This document shows positions 32,240 through 44,000 of a DNA stretch of 64,000 nt, piece by piece. The notes beneath the pieces were generated by a model. That model was not told the origin of the DNA and ran no database searches. It saw only the letters and a list, made by a program, of their open reading frames with translations. Made by a program: the position numbers and the translations under genes. The DNA is from an uncultured Planctomycetota bacterium. Lineage in GTDB: Bacteria; Planctomycetota; Planctomycetia; Isosphaerales; Isosphaeraceae. The stretch spans positions 448,001 to 512,000 of the forward strand of contig CAWGMQ010000003.1 in the NCBI GenBank assembly GCA_963823665.1, in the 5' to 3' direction. Within the stretch, counting starts at the first letter, position 1. Each line of letters opens with the position of its first letter.

Positions 32240-32626
32240 ATGACACGGATCACGGTTAATCTGCCAGAAGACGTAGTCGAGCGCGCAAAGCGTCTCGCGG
32301 AGCGATCCGGCCGACCGGTTGAAGATCTGCTCGCGGAAACGATTGAATTGTCTTTTCGACCGCTTGGGATGCAGTCTAGCGGTGACGGCCCAAACGCAGA
32401 TTGGTCCGACCAAGAGGTTCTCGCCGCGGCAGCAACAGAGCTGCCGCCTGCGGACGACGTGCGCCTCAGCGACCTCCTCGAACGCCAGCAGGCCTCACTG
32501 CTTGCTCCGGCGGACCGCACCGAGCTTGCGGTGCTCTTGGAGACCTACCAGTCCGGGCTCCTGCGTAAAGCCCAGGCGCTGCGGGAAGCAGTCAGCCGTG
32601 GGCTACGGGAGCCGCTCAAGCCGTGA
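32240..32626 (+). CDS. RHH/CopG-like antitoxin-type protein
   Basis: ITVNLPEDVVERAKRLAERSGR N-terminus; LLRKAQAL C-terminus; overlaps the next start (GTGA). Confidence 0.7.
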   Translation: MTRITVNLPEDVVERAKRLAERSGRPVEDLLAETIELSFRPLGMQSSGDGPNADWSDQEVLAAAATELPPADDVRLSDLLERQQASLLAPADRTELAVLLETYQSGLLRKAQALREAVSRGLREPLKP

Positions 32627-33053
32627 GCGCCGACCAGATTTCTGAAGAGGTGCGCGCACGTATCCGAGAGCAAGCCGACAATCGCTGTGGGTACTGCTTG
32701 AGCCCTCAGCATCTGGTGCTCGGCGTGCTCGAGATCGACCATCTCGTTCCGAAATCCAGAGGTGGGACGGACGACGAGGACAACCTCTGGCTCGCGGCAG
32801 GCTCTGCAACGGGTTTAAAGCAGCTCAAACGCAGGGTCGCGATCCGGCTGGCGGGCGATTTGTCGATCTCTTCAATCCGCGTCGACAGCAGTGGCGAGAA
32901 CACTTTCAGTGGAGCGAAGATGGGGCACGCGTTGTCGGTGCCACGCCCTGCGGCCGGGCGACGGTCATCGCACTTCAACTGAATAACTGGATCGCTGTCA
33001 TGGTCAGACGCGAATGGATACCTGCCGGCTGGCACCCGCCACGCCATGATTAG
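32623..33053 (+). CDS. HNH endonuclease (one-base frameshift near 32796)
   Basis: CGYC, EIDHLVP, GG...NL, then in a shifted frame (C)RLCN...LFNPRRQQWREHF...GRATVIALQLN...GWHPP. Confidence 0.85.
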
Positions 33054-33116
33054 ACCGCTCTGACCGACCCGCACGAAAGGAATCGCAGGGACCGGCCTTG
33101 AACACCACTCGAACAG

Positions 33117-36100
33117 CTATGGCTTTATCCCTGGATTCCTCTCCGCGTCCCGGCGAGCGTGCAGTTCCTTCCGCCACTTCGCTGCTTCGTCGGGCTTACT
33201 CGTCGCCTCGTAAAACTGAACGAGGCGTTCGACGGCTTCCTTCAGGCGAATTTTGCCTGCGGGCGGGATCTTGTCCTCCTGTTTCTTCATCCCGTCGTAA
33301 CCGCTCAAGAGCAGCGGCTCGCCTTCGGCGTACTTTTTCTCACCCAGTAGAGCCCCGCCGAGCATCGACTTGGTGTTAAACGTCAGCCACTCGTCGGGTT
33401 TCTGACTCTCGCGGATCGCCAGGCACTCGCGGAGGAGCGGCTCGGCCTCGGTCCATTTTTTCTGCTCCAGCAGGATTGAGCCAAACCGGGCGAGCGTGCC
33501 GGCCAACTGCGGGCTGTCCTTGGGCAGCGTTTTACGAGCCTCGGCCAATTGCTCCCGGCGCAAGTCGCCGAGCTTCGAGTTCTCACCCGCCTTCGCATAA
33601 GCGTCGCTCAATTCGTTTGCAACCCAGCGAAGCGTTGGGAATCTCTTCGCCGCTTGATGGGCTTCCTCGAGGAGTGGGATCGCCTCCTTGAGCCTGCCGG
33701 CATCCTTGTAGTTGACCCCAAGGTTGGCCACCGTGAACTGTGTATTCGGATGCTGGCGGCCAAGCTTGGCCTCTTGCCGCTTGAGCACGTCCTCGAACAG
33801 AGGCACGGATTTGTCGAGTTGCTTTGCCCGCCAGTACGCCGCGGCGAGGTTGCCGCGCGTGAGCAGGGTGTCGGGGTGGTCGGGGCCGAGCTTGGCGATC
33901 TGGGCGTCGCGGACGCGCTCGAACAGGGCGATCGCCTCGGGGAGCTTGCCGGCGGCCTGGTACGCCGTGGCGAGGTTGCCAAGCGTTGTCAGGGTATGGG
34001 GGTGGTCGGGGCCGAGCTTGGCGATCCGGGCGTCGCGGACGCGCTCGAACAGGGCGATCGCCTCGGGGAGCTTGCCGGCGGTATAGTACGCCGCGGCGAG
34101 GTTGCCGAGCGTGATCAGGGTATCGGGGTGGTCGGGGCCGAGCTTGGCGATCTGGGCGTCGCGGACGCGCTCGAGGAGGGCAATCGACTCCGGGAGCTTG
34201 CCGGCGGCCTGGTACGCCGTGGCGAGGTTGTGGAGCGAGGTCAGGGCGTCGGGGTGGTCGGGGCCGAGCTTGGCGATCCGGGCATCGCGGACGCGCTCGT
34301 TGAGGGCGATCGCCTCGGGGAGCTTGCCGACGTCCTGGTACGCCAGGGCGAGGTTGTTGAGCGCGGTCAAGGTGTCGGGGTGGTCGGGGCCGAGCTTGGC
34401 GATCATGCCATCGCGGACGCGCTCGAACAGGGCGATCGCCTCGGGGAGCTTACCGGCCGACCGGTACGTTTCGGCGAGATTGTTGAGCGTCGTCAGGGTG
34501 TTGGGGTGGTCGGGGCCTAGCTTGGCGATCGCGGCGTCGCGGACGCGCTCGAACAGGGCGATCGCCTCGGGGAGCCTGCCGACGGCCTTGTACGCCAAGG
34601 CGAGGTTGTTGAGCGCGGCCAGGGTGTCGGGGTGGTCGGGCCCGAGCTTGTTTGTTCGGGTTTCGCGAGCCTTGAGGAACAGCGGGATAGCCTGATCGGA
34701 CGCTCCCAAACTATCCAGCGACAGCCCGAGCGTCACTTGCATCTCGGCCACGGCCAGCGGATCGCCGATGGCGGTGCCTTCGAGGTCCTGGATGGCCCGG
34801 CTCAGATTGGCCTTGAGCGCGTCGCGCAGCTCAGACACCGTCGCGTAATTCTGCGTCGGGTTCAGATTCTCGAAGACCGAGCCGAGCAGTTTGTTAGCCT
34901 TCTTGGCGTAACCCAGGTTCGTCTCGGCGTCGCGTCGCTTCTGATCGGCATCGAGCTTGGCCAGCCGTTCCCCTTCGGCCCGCGCCGTCTCGGCGTTCCG
35001 CGCCTTGATGGCCACCCCCCGTTGGTACTCGGCCCGCACCAGGCCGATCGACGTGCCGATGATGCCGACCACCAAGGCGAGCAAGACCAGGCCCGCCGCG
35101 ATCACCCGGCCTTTGTTGCGCCGCACGAACTTCTGGAAGCGATATCCGGCCGACGGCGGCCGCGCCTCCACCGCGAGATCGGCCACGTAGCGCTCGATGT
35201 CGCGTGCCAGCGCGCTGGCCGTCTCGTAGCGCCGCTCGCGATGCTTCTCCAGGCACTTCATGATCACCCAATCGAGCTCGCCTCGCAGCAACGTCATCAA
35301 CTTGCGCGGCTCGGTCTGCCGCATCGCCGCCAGCGAAGGAAGCGAAGCATCGGTCGAGAGCCGCGTCGACGGCTTCGACGGCTCCTCTTCACGAATGATG
35401 CGGATCATCTCGGTGAGCGCGGCCTTCTTGAGACGAGCGGCGTCGAATGGTCGAAGGCCGGTGAGCAGCTCGTAGAGAATCACGCCGAGTGAGTAAATGT
35501 CGGCCCGGGTGTCGATGTCCTGGCCCGTGAATCCGGTCTGCTCCGGAGACATGTACTCGAACGTGCCCACGATCGCGCCGAACTGCGTGGAGAGCGATTC
35601 ATCGGTGAGCTTCCCGCCCGTCGCCTTGGCCACGCCAAAGTCGATCACTTTGGGCACGGGCCGGGCATCGACCATCGTGATCAGGATGTTCGCCGGTTTC
35701 AGATCGCGATGCACAATTCCCTTTTGGTGCGCATGCTGAACCGCCTGGCAGATCGGCACGAACAGTTCGAGTCGTTCTTTTGGCGTGAGCTTCAACTGAT
35801 CGCAAAACTTGTTGAGCGGCAAGCCGTTGACCAGCTCCATCACGAAAAACGGCTGGCCGCCAGGCGTCAGTCCGGCGTCGAAGACCTTGGCGATGTTGGG
35901 ATGGTCCATCATTGCCAGCGCCTGTCGCTCCTGCTCGAATCGCTGCAAGACAGCGCGAGAATCCATGCCCTCCTTGATCAGCTTGAGCGCAACTTTTCGT
36001 TTCACAGGCTCGGACTGCTTGGCGACCCAGACTTCGCCCATCCCGCCTTCGCCGATCTTTTCTCGCAGCGTGTAGCGACCCGCGATCTGCTCGTTCGGTT

Positions 36101-36405
36101 TCGCGCCGGCGTGAAAATCGACCGTCGCCGTGCGAGAGGCAGGACCGCCTTCGGGCTCGGAAGCATGCCCTCCGGCGGATTCTGTTTCCGGGTGTCCAGA
36201 GGCGGATCCGACGGTGGTGTCGATGCTTACCTGATCGACGAGCGCGACGTTCGAGCCGATCATCGCTCTCGAAATGAGCGCGAAGTAACGCCTCGATCCT
36301 TTTCTTCAGGTCTGGATTATCGGCGCGGGCCCGGTCGAGGAAGGCCGACCGCTCACTTTCGTCGGCAATCTGCAAGGCGGCGATAAACAGCTCGCGTTCG
36401 TTCAT
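33117..36405 (-). CDS. Ser/Thr kinase with TM segment and TPR array (frameshift near 36255)
   Basis: N-terminus MNERELFIAAL lies in an adjacent frame; HRDLKPAN, VIDFG; LGPDHPDTL 42-aa repeats. Confidence 0.9.
33740..34650 (-). repeat. 126-bp tandem repeats encoding 42-aa TPR units
   Basis: Seven LGPDHP copies plus one degenerate copy, near-identical at DNA level. Confidence 0.9.
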
Positions 36406-36503
36406 TTGAATGCTCCCCGGGCGAGGAATCCCAGACGTCTCATAACTCCATGCGCCGTTGGCAGCGATATCGCGCAAAGCCTCTCGAAATTTTCCCGCCG
36501 AGA

Positions 36504-37058
36504 TCAGGGTTTCATTTCCTCGCGCAGCCACGCCCTGGCGTATTTCCAGTGGAAATCGGCTGTTCTGGGGGAAATTCCCAGCACTTCGGCCGCTTGCGGA
36601 ATGGTCATCCCGACGAAGTAGCGCAGCTTCACCAGCTCGGCCACCGGCGGGTCCAATTTCGCCAGTTTCTCGAGTGCTTCGTCCAGATCGATCACGTACG
36701 CGTCGCGTTCCGGGGCGGAGATCGCCTCGGGATCGAAGTCTCGTCGATCGAGGTTGCCGCCCCGCTTCTTTCTCGACTTCGTGCGTGCGTTCTCCACCAA
36801 AATCCGCCTCATGGCCTCCGCGGCCGCCGCGAAGAAGTGGCCTCGGCCGTCCCACCGCTTCTCGGGATCGGAGGCAACCAATCTGAGATAAGCCTCATGA
36901 ACGAGCGCCGTCGCCTGAAGCGTTTGTCCCGGTGGCTCGCCCGCCAGTTTCTGCGCGGCCAATTTACGGAGCTCGTCGTACAAGAGCGGTAAGAGTTTGC
37001 TCGCCGCCTCCTGGTCTCCCTGCTCGATCGCGGCAAGGATGACGGTGACGTCAGACAT
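36504..37058 (-). CDS. Planctomycete-type ECF sigma factor
   Basis: MSDVTVIL, LYDELRKLAA, TLQATALVHEAYLRL, VKLRYFVG, ARAWL. Confidence 0.93.
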   Translation of the reverse strand: MSDVTVILAAIEQGDQEAASKLLPLLYDELRKLAAQKLAGEPPGQTLQATALVHEAYLRLVASDPEKRWDGRGHFFAAAAEAMRRILVENARTKSRKKRGGNLDRRDFDPEAISAPERDAYVIDLDEALEKLAKLDPPVAELVKLRYFVGMTIPQAAEVLGISPRTADFHWKYARAWLREEMKP

Positions 37059-37423
37059 CGCAGCACCCGCGGGAAGGCGTGATTGCTCGATCCGGCACAC
37101 ACACGACGTGCGACGACATTCTCAGCAATGGTTGGCCCGCCAGCAAGCCCGCTCCACCGAAGTTGCGAACCAGTTGTCAGGACGAAGAGTTCGTCCGACT
37201 ACACTCGCCGATCGACCGAATGCCGGAGAACGATCTAACCGGTAGCTGGCGCACGATCCATCCGTTACCATATTCCATGTCGGCGCCCAGGTTCACTCTT
37301 TCTCCACGATCACTTGATCAAGCACGGAGGCGACTTGGCGGCTACCGACGAGGGAAACTCGGACGGCGGCGAGTTCTCATCGTGACGGCCGGAGCTGGCA
37401 GAGTACGCTCGAGGAAAACCAGA

Positions 37424-39879
37424 ATGTCTGCTTGCGACGAGACACAAGGTCCTCGCGCCCATGTTCCTGCGGAGACAGTCCGGCAATCCGAGGCGGGGCC
37501 CCAGCGACTTCACGACCCCGCCCTTGGCCAGGCCGGTGCGCCGGCCAAAGCGAGAGGGGTCGCGAGCTATCGTGAGTTTGCCGACGCGCTCACCGATATC
37601 GGCCTGATCGACGCCGCCGAGCTCGAGCGGTTTGCCGTCGACTCCGCCGAAGGCGTGGTGGGGCTCTCGCGTGCCCTCGTCATGGCCGGCAGGCTCACTC
37701 CCTATCAGGCCGCCGCGATCTACCAGAATAAGAGCCGCGGCCTCTTGGTCGGCAATTATCTCATCCTCGACAAGGTGGGCCAGGGTGGGATGGGTATGGT
37801 TTTCAAGGCCCGTCACCGCAAGCTCGGTCGATTAGGCGCGCTCAAGATCCTTCCTCCGTCATTCACTCGGGACTCCGGCGCCGTCATGCGTTTCCGCCGC
37901 GAGTTCGAGGCGGCCGGCCGGCTCAAGCACCTCAACCTGGTCGCCGCCTTCGAGGCCGATGAAGACCGCGGTGTCCATTTCCTGGTGATGGACTACGTCG
38001 AGGGGATCAACCTGGAACGCGTCATCCGCGAGCATGGACGTTTGCCGGTCTCCGACGCCCTCGACTACCTGATCCAGTCCGCCCGCGGCTTGGAGGCCGC
38101 CCACGAACAAGGAATCATTCATCGCGATATCAAGCCCGGCAACCTCATGCTCGACCGCCAAGGCACGGTCCGTGTGCTCGACCTGGGCCTGGCCCGGATC
38201 GTCGACGCCAGCAATCCGTTCAGCAAGACCATCACCGGCCGCCTGACCCAGAGTCACACGTACATGGGAACCATTGATTACATGGCTCCCGAACAGGCTG
38301 AAGACTCGCACAACGTCGACCATCGCGCCGACATTTACAGCCTGGCCTGCACGTTTTTCTTTCTGCTGAGCGCCCGCGAACCGTTCGCCGGCAAATCCAT
38401 GCTGAAGCGAATGGTGGCTCACCAGGAGCACCCGGCACCATTCCTGCGCGACATCCGGCCCGACGTCTCGCCTGCTCTCGAGGCCGTCTACCTGAAAATG
38501 ATGGCCAAGAAGCCAGAGGATCGCCCAGCCTCGATGACCGAAGTCATCGCGCTGTTGCAGGCGTCGAAGCTCTCGACCGACAGCGACATGGGCACAGTGG
38601 CCCCGCCCCTCGCACCCACGGCGGCGGCCGAAGTCTGCAATCAGGCACCGCTTGAACGGGGGGAACCATTGCGGCCGATCGCCGAATCGGCGATCTTCGC
38701 CCGCCGCATCGAATCTGAAGACATGGTCACCGACGGCAAGCTAAACCTCTGGGACCTGTTGATGGACGTGCGATCGGATGTCAATGTCGGCGGCGAGCCA
38801 AGTGCCGACCCAGAAGAGCGCAAAGGCGCCTCCGACGACCATGAGTTGAACCTCAGGGAACTTGCGATGGCACTGGGGGAAGAGGCCGCTGCACCGGCCG
38901 CGCGAAAGCCTCTCGTCGCCGAAGCCCCGTCGCCGAAAGCGTCCGCACCGCCGCGGAAGGAAGAGAAGGCGTCCGCACCGCCGAAACCACCGGCCAGCGA
39001 ACGACAACCACTAAAACCGGCCGCATCAACCCGCCAAGAAGAGAAGCCGTCTGCCCGGCCGAAATCGCCTTCTGCCGAAGCCCCGCCGGCGAGAGGGTCC
39101 GCACCACCTCCGAAGGAAGAGAAGCCGTCGGCCCCGCCGAAACCGCCTGCCGCAGACGCCCAGCCATTGAAGCGGTCGGCACCACCGCAGCGAGCAGAAA
39201 TGCCGCCCGCCTCGCCGAAGCCCCCTTCCGCCCCCGCCCAGCCTCTGAAGCGGTCGGCACCACCGCAGCGCGCAGAAATGCCATCCGCTTCGCCGAAGCC
39301 CCCTTCCGCTGCCGCCGAGCCGCTGAAGCGGTCGCCACCACCGCAGCGCGCAGAAATGCCGCCCGCTTCGCCGAAGCCGCCTTCCGCTGCGCCCCAGCCG
39401 CTGAGACGATCCACACCACCGCAGCACATCGAACCGCCGCCAGACCGGCCGCAATCGCCTGCCGATGAGAGACAAACCTTGAAACCGAGCGCGCGGCGCG
39501 GTCCGGCGGCCTGGCCCAGAGCAGGCGTCTTGTGATTCTCGCGGTGATGGTGACCATCCTTCTCATCGTGGCTGTCGTGGTGTCGTTTTCAGATCGGACA
39601 GAATCCGTCATGAAAAAAGACACCTCAGCGCCCGCGCACGACTCAAAGGAGAGCGGGACTTCTCCGGTCGAAGCGCTTCCGCCGCCCGTATCGCGCGACC
39701 ATTCGGGCGAGAACCGAATGGGTGAACAGGAAAAAGCGCGACGAAGGCAACGCTTCTATGCCGATCCGCCACTGTCGCTTCACGCTGCTGGCCCGACTCT
39801 GCCGGACGGGATTGGTTACCCGCAGGGCTCCATCAAATCGGGGTCAGGCTCAGGCGTTGGGCTTCCGTCCAGCGAATGA
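37424..39879 (+). CDS. Ser/Thr kinase with Pro-rich repeats and C-terminal TM (probable frameshift near 39510)
   Basis: HRDIKPGN, DLGLAR, YMAPEQ; 26-aa Pro-rich repeats; the TM segment is in ORF 39532-39879. Confidence 0.85.
39155..39425 (+). repeat. 78-bp tandem repeats (AQPLKRSAPPQRAEMPPASPKPPSAP)
   Basis: About 3.5 close copies, with more degenerate copies upstream to about 38920. Confidence 0.85.
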
Positions 39880-40121
39880 CGATCCGCGCCTCGGTCGGTT
39901 CAGGGCGCGGCGAAGACGTCGGCAGGCAGATCGGGAATTCCCACCTTCGGTCGAGAAGGTTTCCTTGGCCCCAAAGATGATCTCGACCGCGTTACTTGCC
40001 GCCACATAGGAGACGGTGAAGCGATGAGAACTGCGCGGTGGTCCCTACGGTCCCGCCCGTGAACGCCACCGGTGGAAGGATGAGCTGATCGCCGTCCATG
40101 GTTACCGGCGCTCGCTCTTCG

Positions 40122-40991
40122 TCAAGACGCTCCGCTCATGTTGAGCGCAATGAACAGATCGCCGGATGAGTCGACGGCCAGTCCCATCGGTCCGTTCAGG
40201 AACGCCGCCGTGGCCGCCATTCCGTCACTCGTCGAGCCCTCGTAGTTGCCATTGCCTGCATACAACGTGATCATATCGGACGCGACGTTCACCGCGAAAA
40301 CCACGTTGTTCATGTTATCCGCGACGTAAACCGTTCCGCCCGAGACCGCGAGCCCGGCGGGATCTCCCAGCGCGACGCCGGTCGCCGGGCCTGTGTACGG
40401 GTAAGACGGGGCGGAGCCGTCGCCCGCGAACACGCTGACCGCACCACCCTGGCCCTCGACGACGTCCTGGTCGAACACACCGTACATCGAGACAAAGATA
40501 TCGCCGCCCGAGTCCGAGGCAACGAAACTCGTCGGGTCGCCGAACTCATCGAGTGCTATCGAGGAGTTGATCATCGCCGGTCCAGGCTGAGTGACGCTGC
40601 CTGCGTACGAGCCAGAGCCGCTGTACGCGGCCGTCACGACGTTCTGCCCCTGCGGCAAGCTTGACGTCTCGAAGTCAGCCATGCCGTCCCCCAGGCGCGC
40701 CTGACCGATCATCATCCCGTTATCGAAGAAGCTGACGGTCCCGCCCGCGAGCGGCTTGTTGCTCGGCGGGTTGGCCGTCACCATGGCCGTGAAGTCCTCC
40801 ATCTGCCCGGCCACGATCGAGCCCGCCGAATCCATAAGCTCGATCATCGTGGCGGTCAAGAGCAGCCTGCCCTCGAGCGGGTCCATCATTGGCCTCGCGC
40901 ACCGCGCCGCCCGGCAGAGCGCCGGTCTCGTAATCGACACCGGCGCTCGCGGGCATACAACATCGTATTGACGTTCATGATCTGCCTCCAC
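40122..40991 (-). CDS. LEPR-XLL-type extracellular protein with Ig-like and NHL repeats, probably truncated; start uncertain
   Basis: PLEGRLLL, GTVSFFD...VTAAYSG, PAGLAV, PMGLAVDSSGDLFIA; ends within a repeat. Confidence 0.7.
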   Translation of the reverse strand: MEADHERQYDVVCPRAPVSITRPALCRAARCARPMMDPLEGRLLLTATMIELMDSAGSIVAGQMEDFTAMVTANPPSNKPLAGGTVSFFDNGMMIGQARLGDGMADFETSSLPQGQNVVTAAYSGSGSYAGSVTQPGPAMINSSIALDEFGDPTSFVASDSGGDIFVSMYGVFDQDVVEGQGGAVSVFAGDGSAPSYPYTGPATGVALGDPAGLAVSGGTVYVADNMNNVVFAVNVASDMITLYAGNGNYEGSTSDGMAATAAFLNGPMGLAVDSSGDLFIALNMSGAS

Positions 40992-41089
40992 CGAGTAACG
41001 AGGACTGAATTGTTGCCAGCGAGGATCGGTTTCGCCACGGAATGACCATCGAGCGGCTCCCTCGGTGCGTAGCCATCAAGAGCCCGTCG

Positions 41090-44000
41090 TCACGACGGCG
41101 TGATCGTCGTCCCCTTCTTCGAGATCGTGAACGTGGTCGTGCCCGTCAAGGATGCGCCCGAGCCGCCTGTGACTCCGCCGGCGCCACCCACGATTGTGAG
41201 CTGCCCGCCGGTCGGGAACGTTTGCTTGCCGAGCAGCGTCAGATCCACCGTATCGGTCGACGGGACGTACGAAACCGTGAACGCGGTGATCGGGTGCAGC
41301 GTGATCTTCACTTTCTTTTTGACCTTCTTCGTCGTGACGTTATCGAGCTGGTAATTGAGGCGGTTGTTCGCGCTGGCCGGATTGAGCGGGGCGCTAAACG
41401 TCAAGTCGAAGCCGGTGAGGGTTGAAGGACCGACCGGCTTCCCCTTTTTGAGCTTGCGCACAAAGACCGGCTTTTCCATGATGATCGAAGGCGGAGCCGG
41501 TGGAACCGCCACGGTCGTCTTCGCCTGGGCAGTCTGCGGGGTCGGCTGGGCGATGCCGAGATTGTTGGTGGCGACGCTGTAGAAGCCGTAGGCGTTGCCC
41601 GCCTGGCCGGTAAACGTTGCAGACGTTGCCGTGGTCTGGATCAAGAATGGTGTGAAGGCGCCGCCGTCATCCGAGACGAAGATCTCGTAAGACTTGATGC
41701 TCGTGGCGCCGGTGCCCGGCGATCCGCTCCAGCTCAACGTGAAGCTCGTGCTTGCGGTCGTGGACGGCAGAGGACTGACCGTGCTGGATGGCGCGCCGAT
41801 TACCTTGGTGGTGGCCTGGGCAGCCGTCGGCGTGGGCTGAATATTGCCGACGTTGTCAGTGGCCACCGAATAGTATCCATACGTATGGCCTGCAACGCCC
41901 GTGAACGTTGCCGATGTGCTGGATGTGGCAGACTGCCAGAGGGTGAATGGCCCGCCGTTGTCGGAGGCATACACGTTGTAGAACGCGATACCTGAGCCGC
42001 CGGTATCGTCCTGACCTGACCAATTGACCGTGAAATTGGGACCACTGCTCGCCGGAAGTGGCGCAACGCTGCTCGCCGGCGGGCCGGTATCAATCGTGTT
42101 GAGGCTCGCCGGCGTCTGGATCGCCGAATTGGTGTCGAAGACGATCGAGGCTTGCTCCGTGATCGTGGTGCCTGTGGCAACACCGGCTTTCGGCTGGGCG
42201 GAGAAGGTGAAGTAGCCCTCACCGTCGTGGTTGGCGTCATCCACGGGCAGGAAGCCGGCGTTGATGCCGTCGGGCGGCTCCATCGTCGCCGGGTCGAGCG
42301 ACTGGAAAGTCACCGTGACCACGCCGGTTGCCTGGTCCAGGTCGAGCGTGACTGGCACCAGCAGGTCGATGCCATCCGGGCGAAGGTCGATGGTCGTCGA
42401 GTAATCCGACAGGCCCGCGGGTATGGTGAAGTTGTAAGCGCCGAACCCGAAACCGGTGAACTGGAAGGTGCCGGGGTCGAGATTTGGGTCGAGGGTCATG
42501 GTGGCGGTCACGACCTGCGCGGCGGCGGTGGCCTTGGTCGGGTCGTTCTCGAAATCGACCTCGTACGGCATTGTTTCCGGCTGAATAAAGCCCTGCGGGC
42601 CGTAGCCGGCGGGGCCGACCAGGTTGTTGGGGTCAACGGCGCCTCCGACCTGCACGGTAGTCGTGGGGCCGCCCGTATCACCCGGCGGGGGAATTACAGG
42701 CGAGACCTGAGGATCACTAGCCCGGCAGAGGGCCAGGTCTGTGTTGTAGTCATTCAGAGCCGAAGCGGCGTATCCTTCCGCGAGAATGTACAGGTCGGCG
42801 GCATTCTGGTCGCGCATGCCGACGCTGTTAATGTTATTGACCGCTGTGTTGTAGTCGGATTGAAGCGTGCCCCAGTCAGAGTAAGCGCTGAGGAGATCAT
42901 TGATAAGCCCGGCGATCGGGCTGGCTTTGCCCCACAATATCGCCACTTCGCTTTCGGCTTCTCCGAAAAGCGCGACGAAGTCGTCGAGCCCCTGTTTTAT
43001 GAAGCCGAGCAGGGTATTGAAATTGTCCAAAGTCGATGGCGAATTGCCCGCGGCGATCGCGGCGTTGTTTTCGTTGACTTGAGTGCGAACGGAGTTCACA
43101 AACTTGTCGAAGCGGTCGAAAGCGCTCTTGACGGCGTCGAGCGCCGCTTTAGCAGCCGAGCTCGACTCGCCCGCGATACCGTCGATGATGCTCGACAACG
43201 CCGACGGGAAAGCCTTGGCGATGCCCGCAATATCCAGCACGATGCTGGCCGCATCGCCCGAGAGCTTGAGCCCTTGCAGCGCGACCGTGCTTACGTTGAA
43301 GAACTGCGCGTTTTGGCCCGCGCTGTAATTCTCTTGCCAGATCGCAAAGTATTTATTGGCCAACTGTATGTAGTTCTGAATCATGATATAATCATTGACA
43401 ACCGATTGACAGGTCATCGCCGGCAGCGTCGGCAACTGAACTGCGTTCCCCAGCGGCTTTGGCGGCGACTGGTACTGGAGCAAGCTCAGGGCCCCGCTGA
43501 CGATACTGTCGGGGGTGGGGACGAAGTCGGGACTGACCGGGTCGATCGTGACGATCTGGAGAGCGAAATTCACGCCGGTCTGAGCAGCGCCGGCGGCAAC
43601 GGTGAGCGGCGAAAGGCTGACGGACGCGGCCCCATCCAGGGTGGCAGTGAGAGCGAACGTGCCGGCGGGCAGAGCGGTCAAAGTGTAGTCCCCGCCGGCA
43701 CCGGCGGCGGTCTCGGCAATGATATTTCCGGCGGCGTCGGTCGCCTCGACGACCGCCCCGGGCAACCCGCGCCCGGATGAATCGCTCACACGCCCGACAC
43801 GCTTATGGATGCCGGTTCCAGGCTGAAGGTTCGACCCAATTCGCTGCCCGAAATCGCCATTCCGCGTATAACTAGACTCTGGTATCCGGTCGCCGCGACC
43901 ACGATATCATAAGTGCCGGCAGGCAAGGTATCGAGCAGGAAGTTCCCCTGGGGATCCGAGACGGCCGTGTACCACTCAAGCGGTCCACTTTCGTTTCGTA

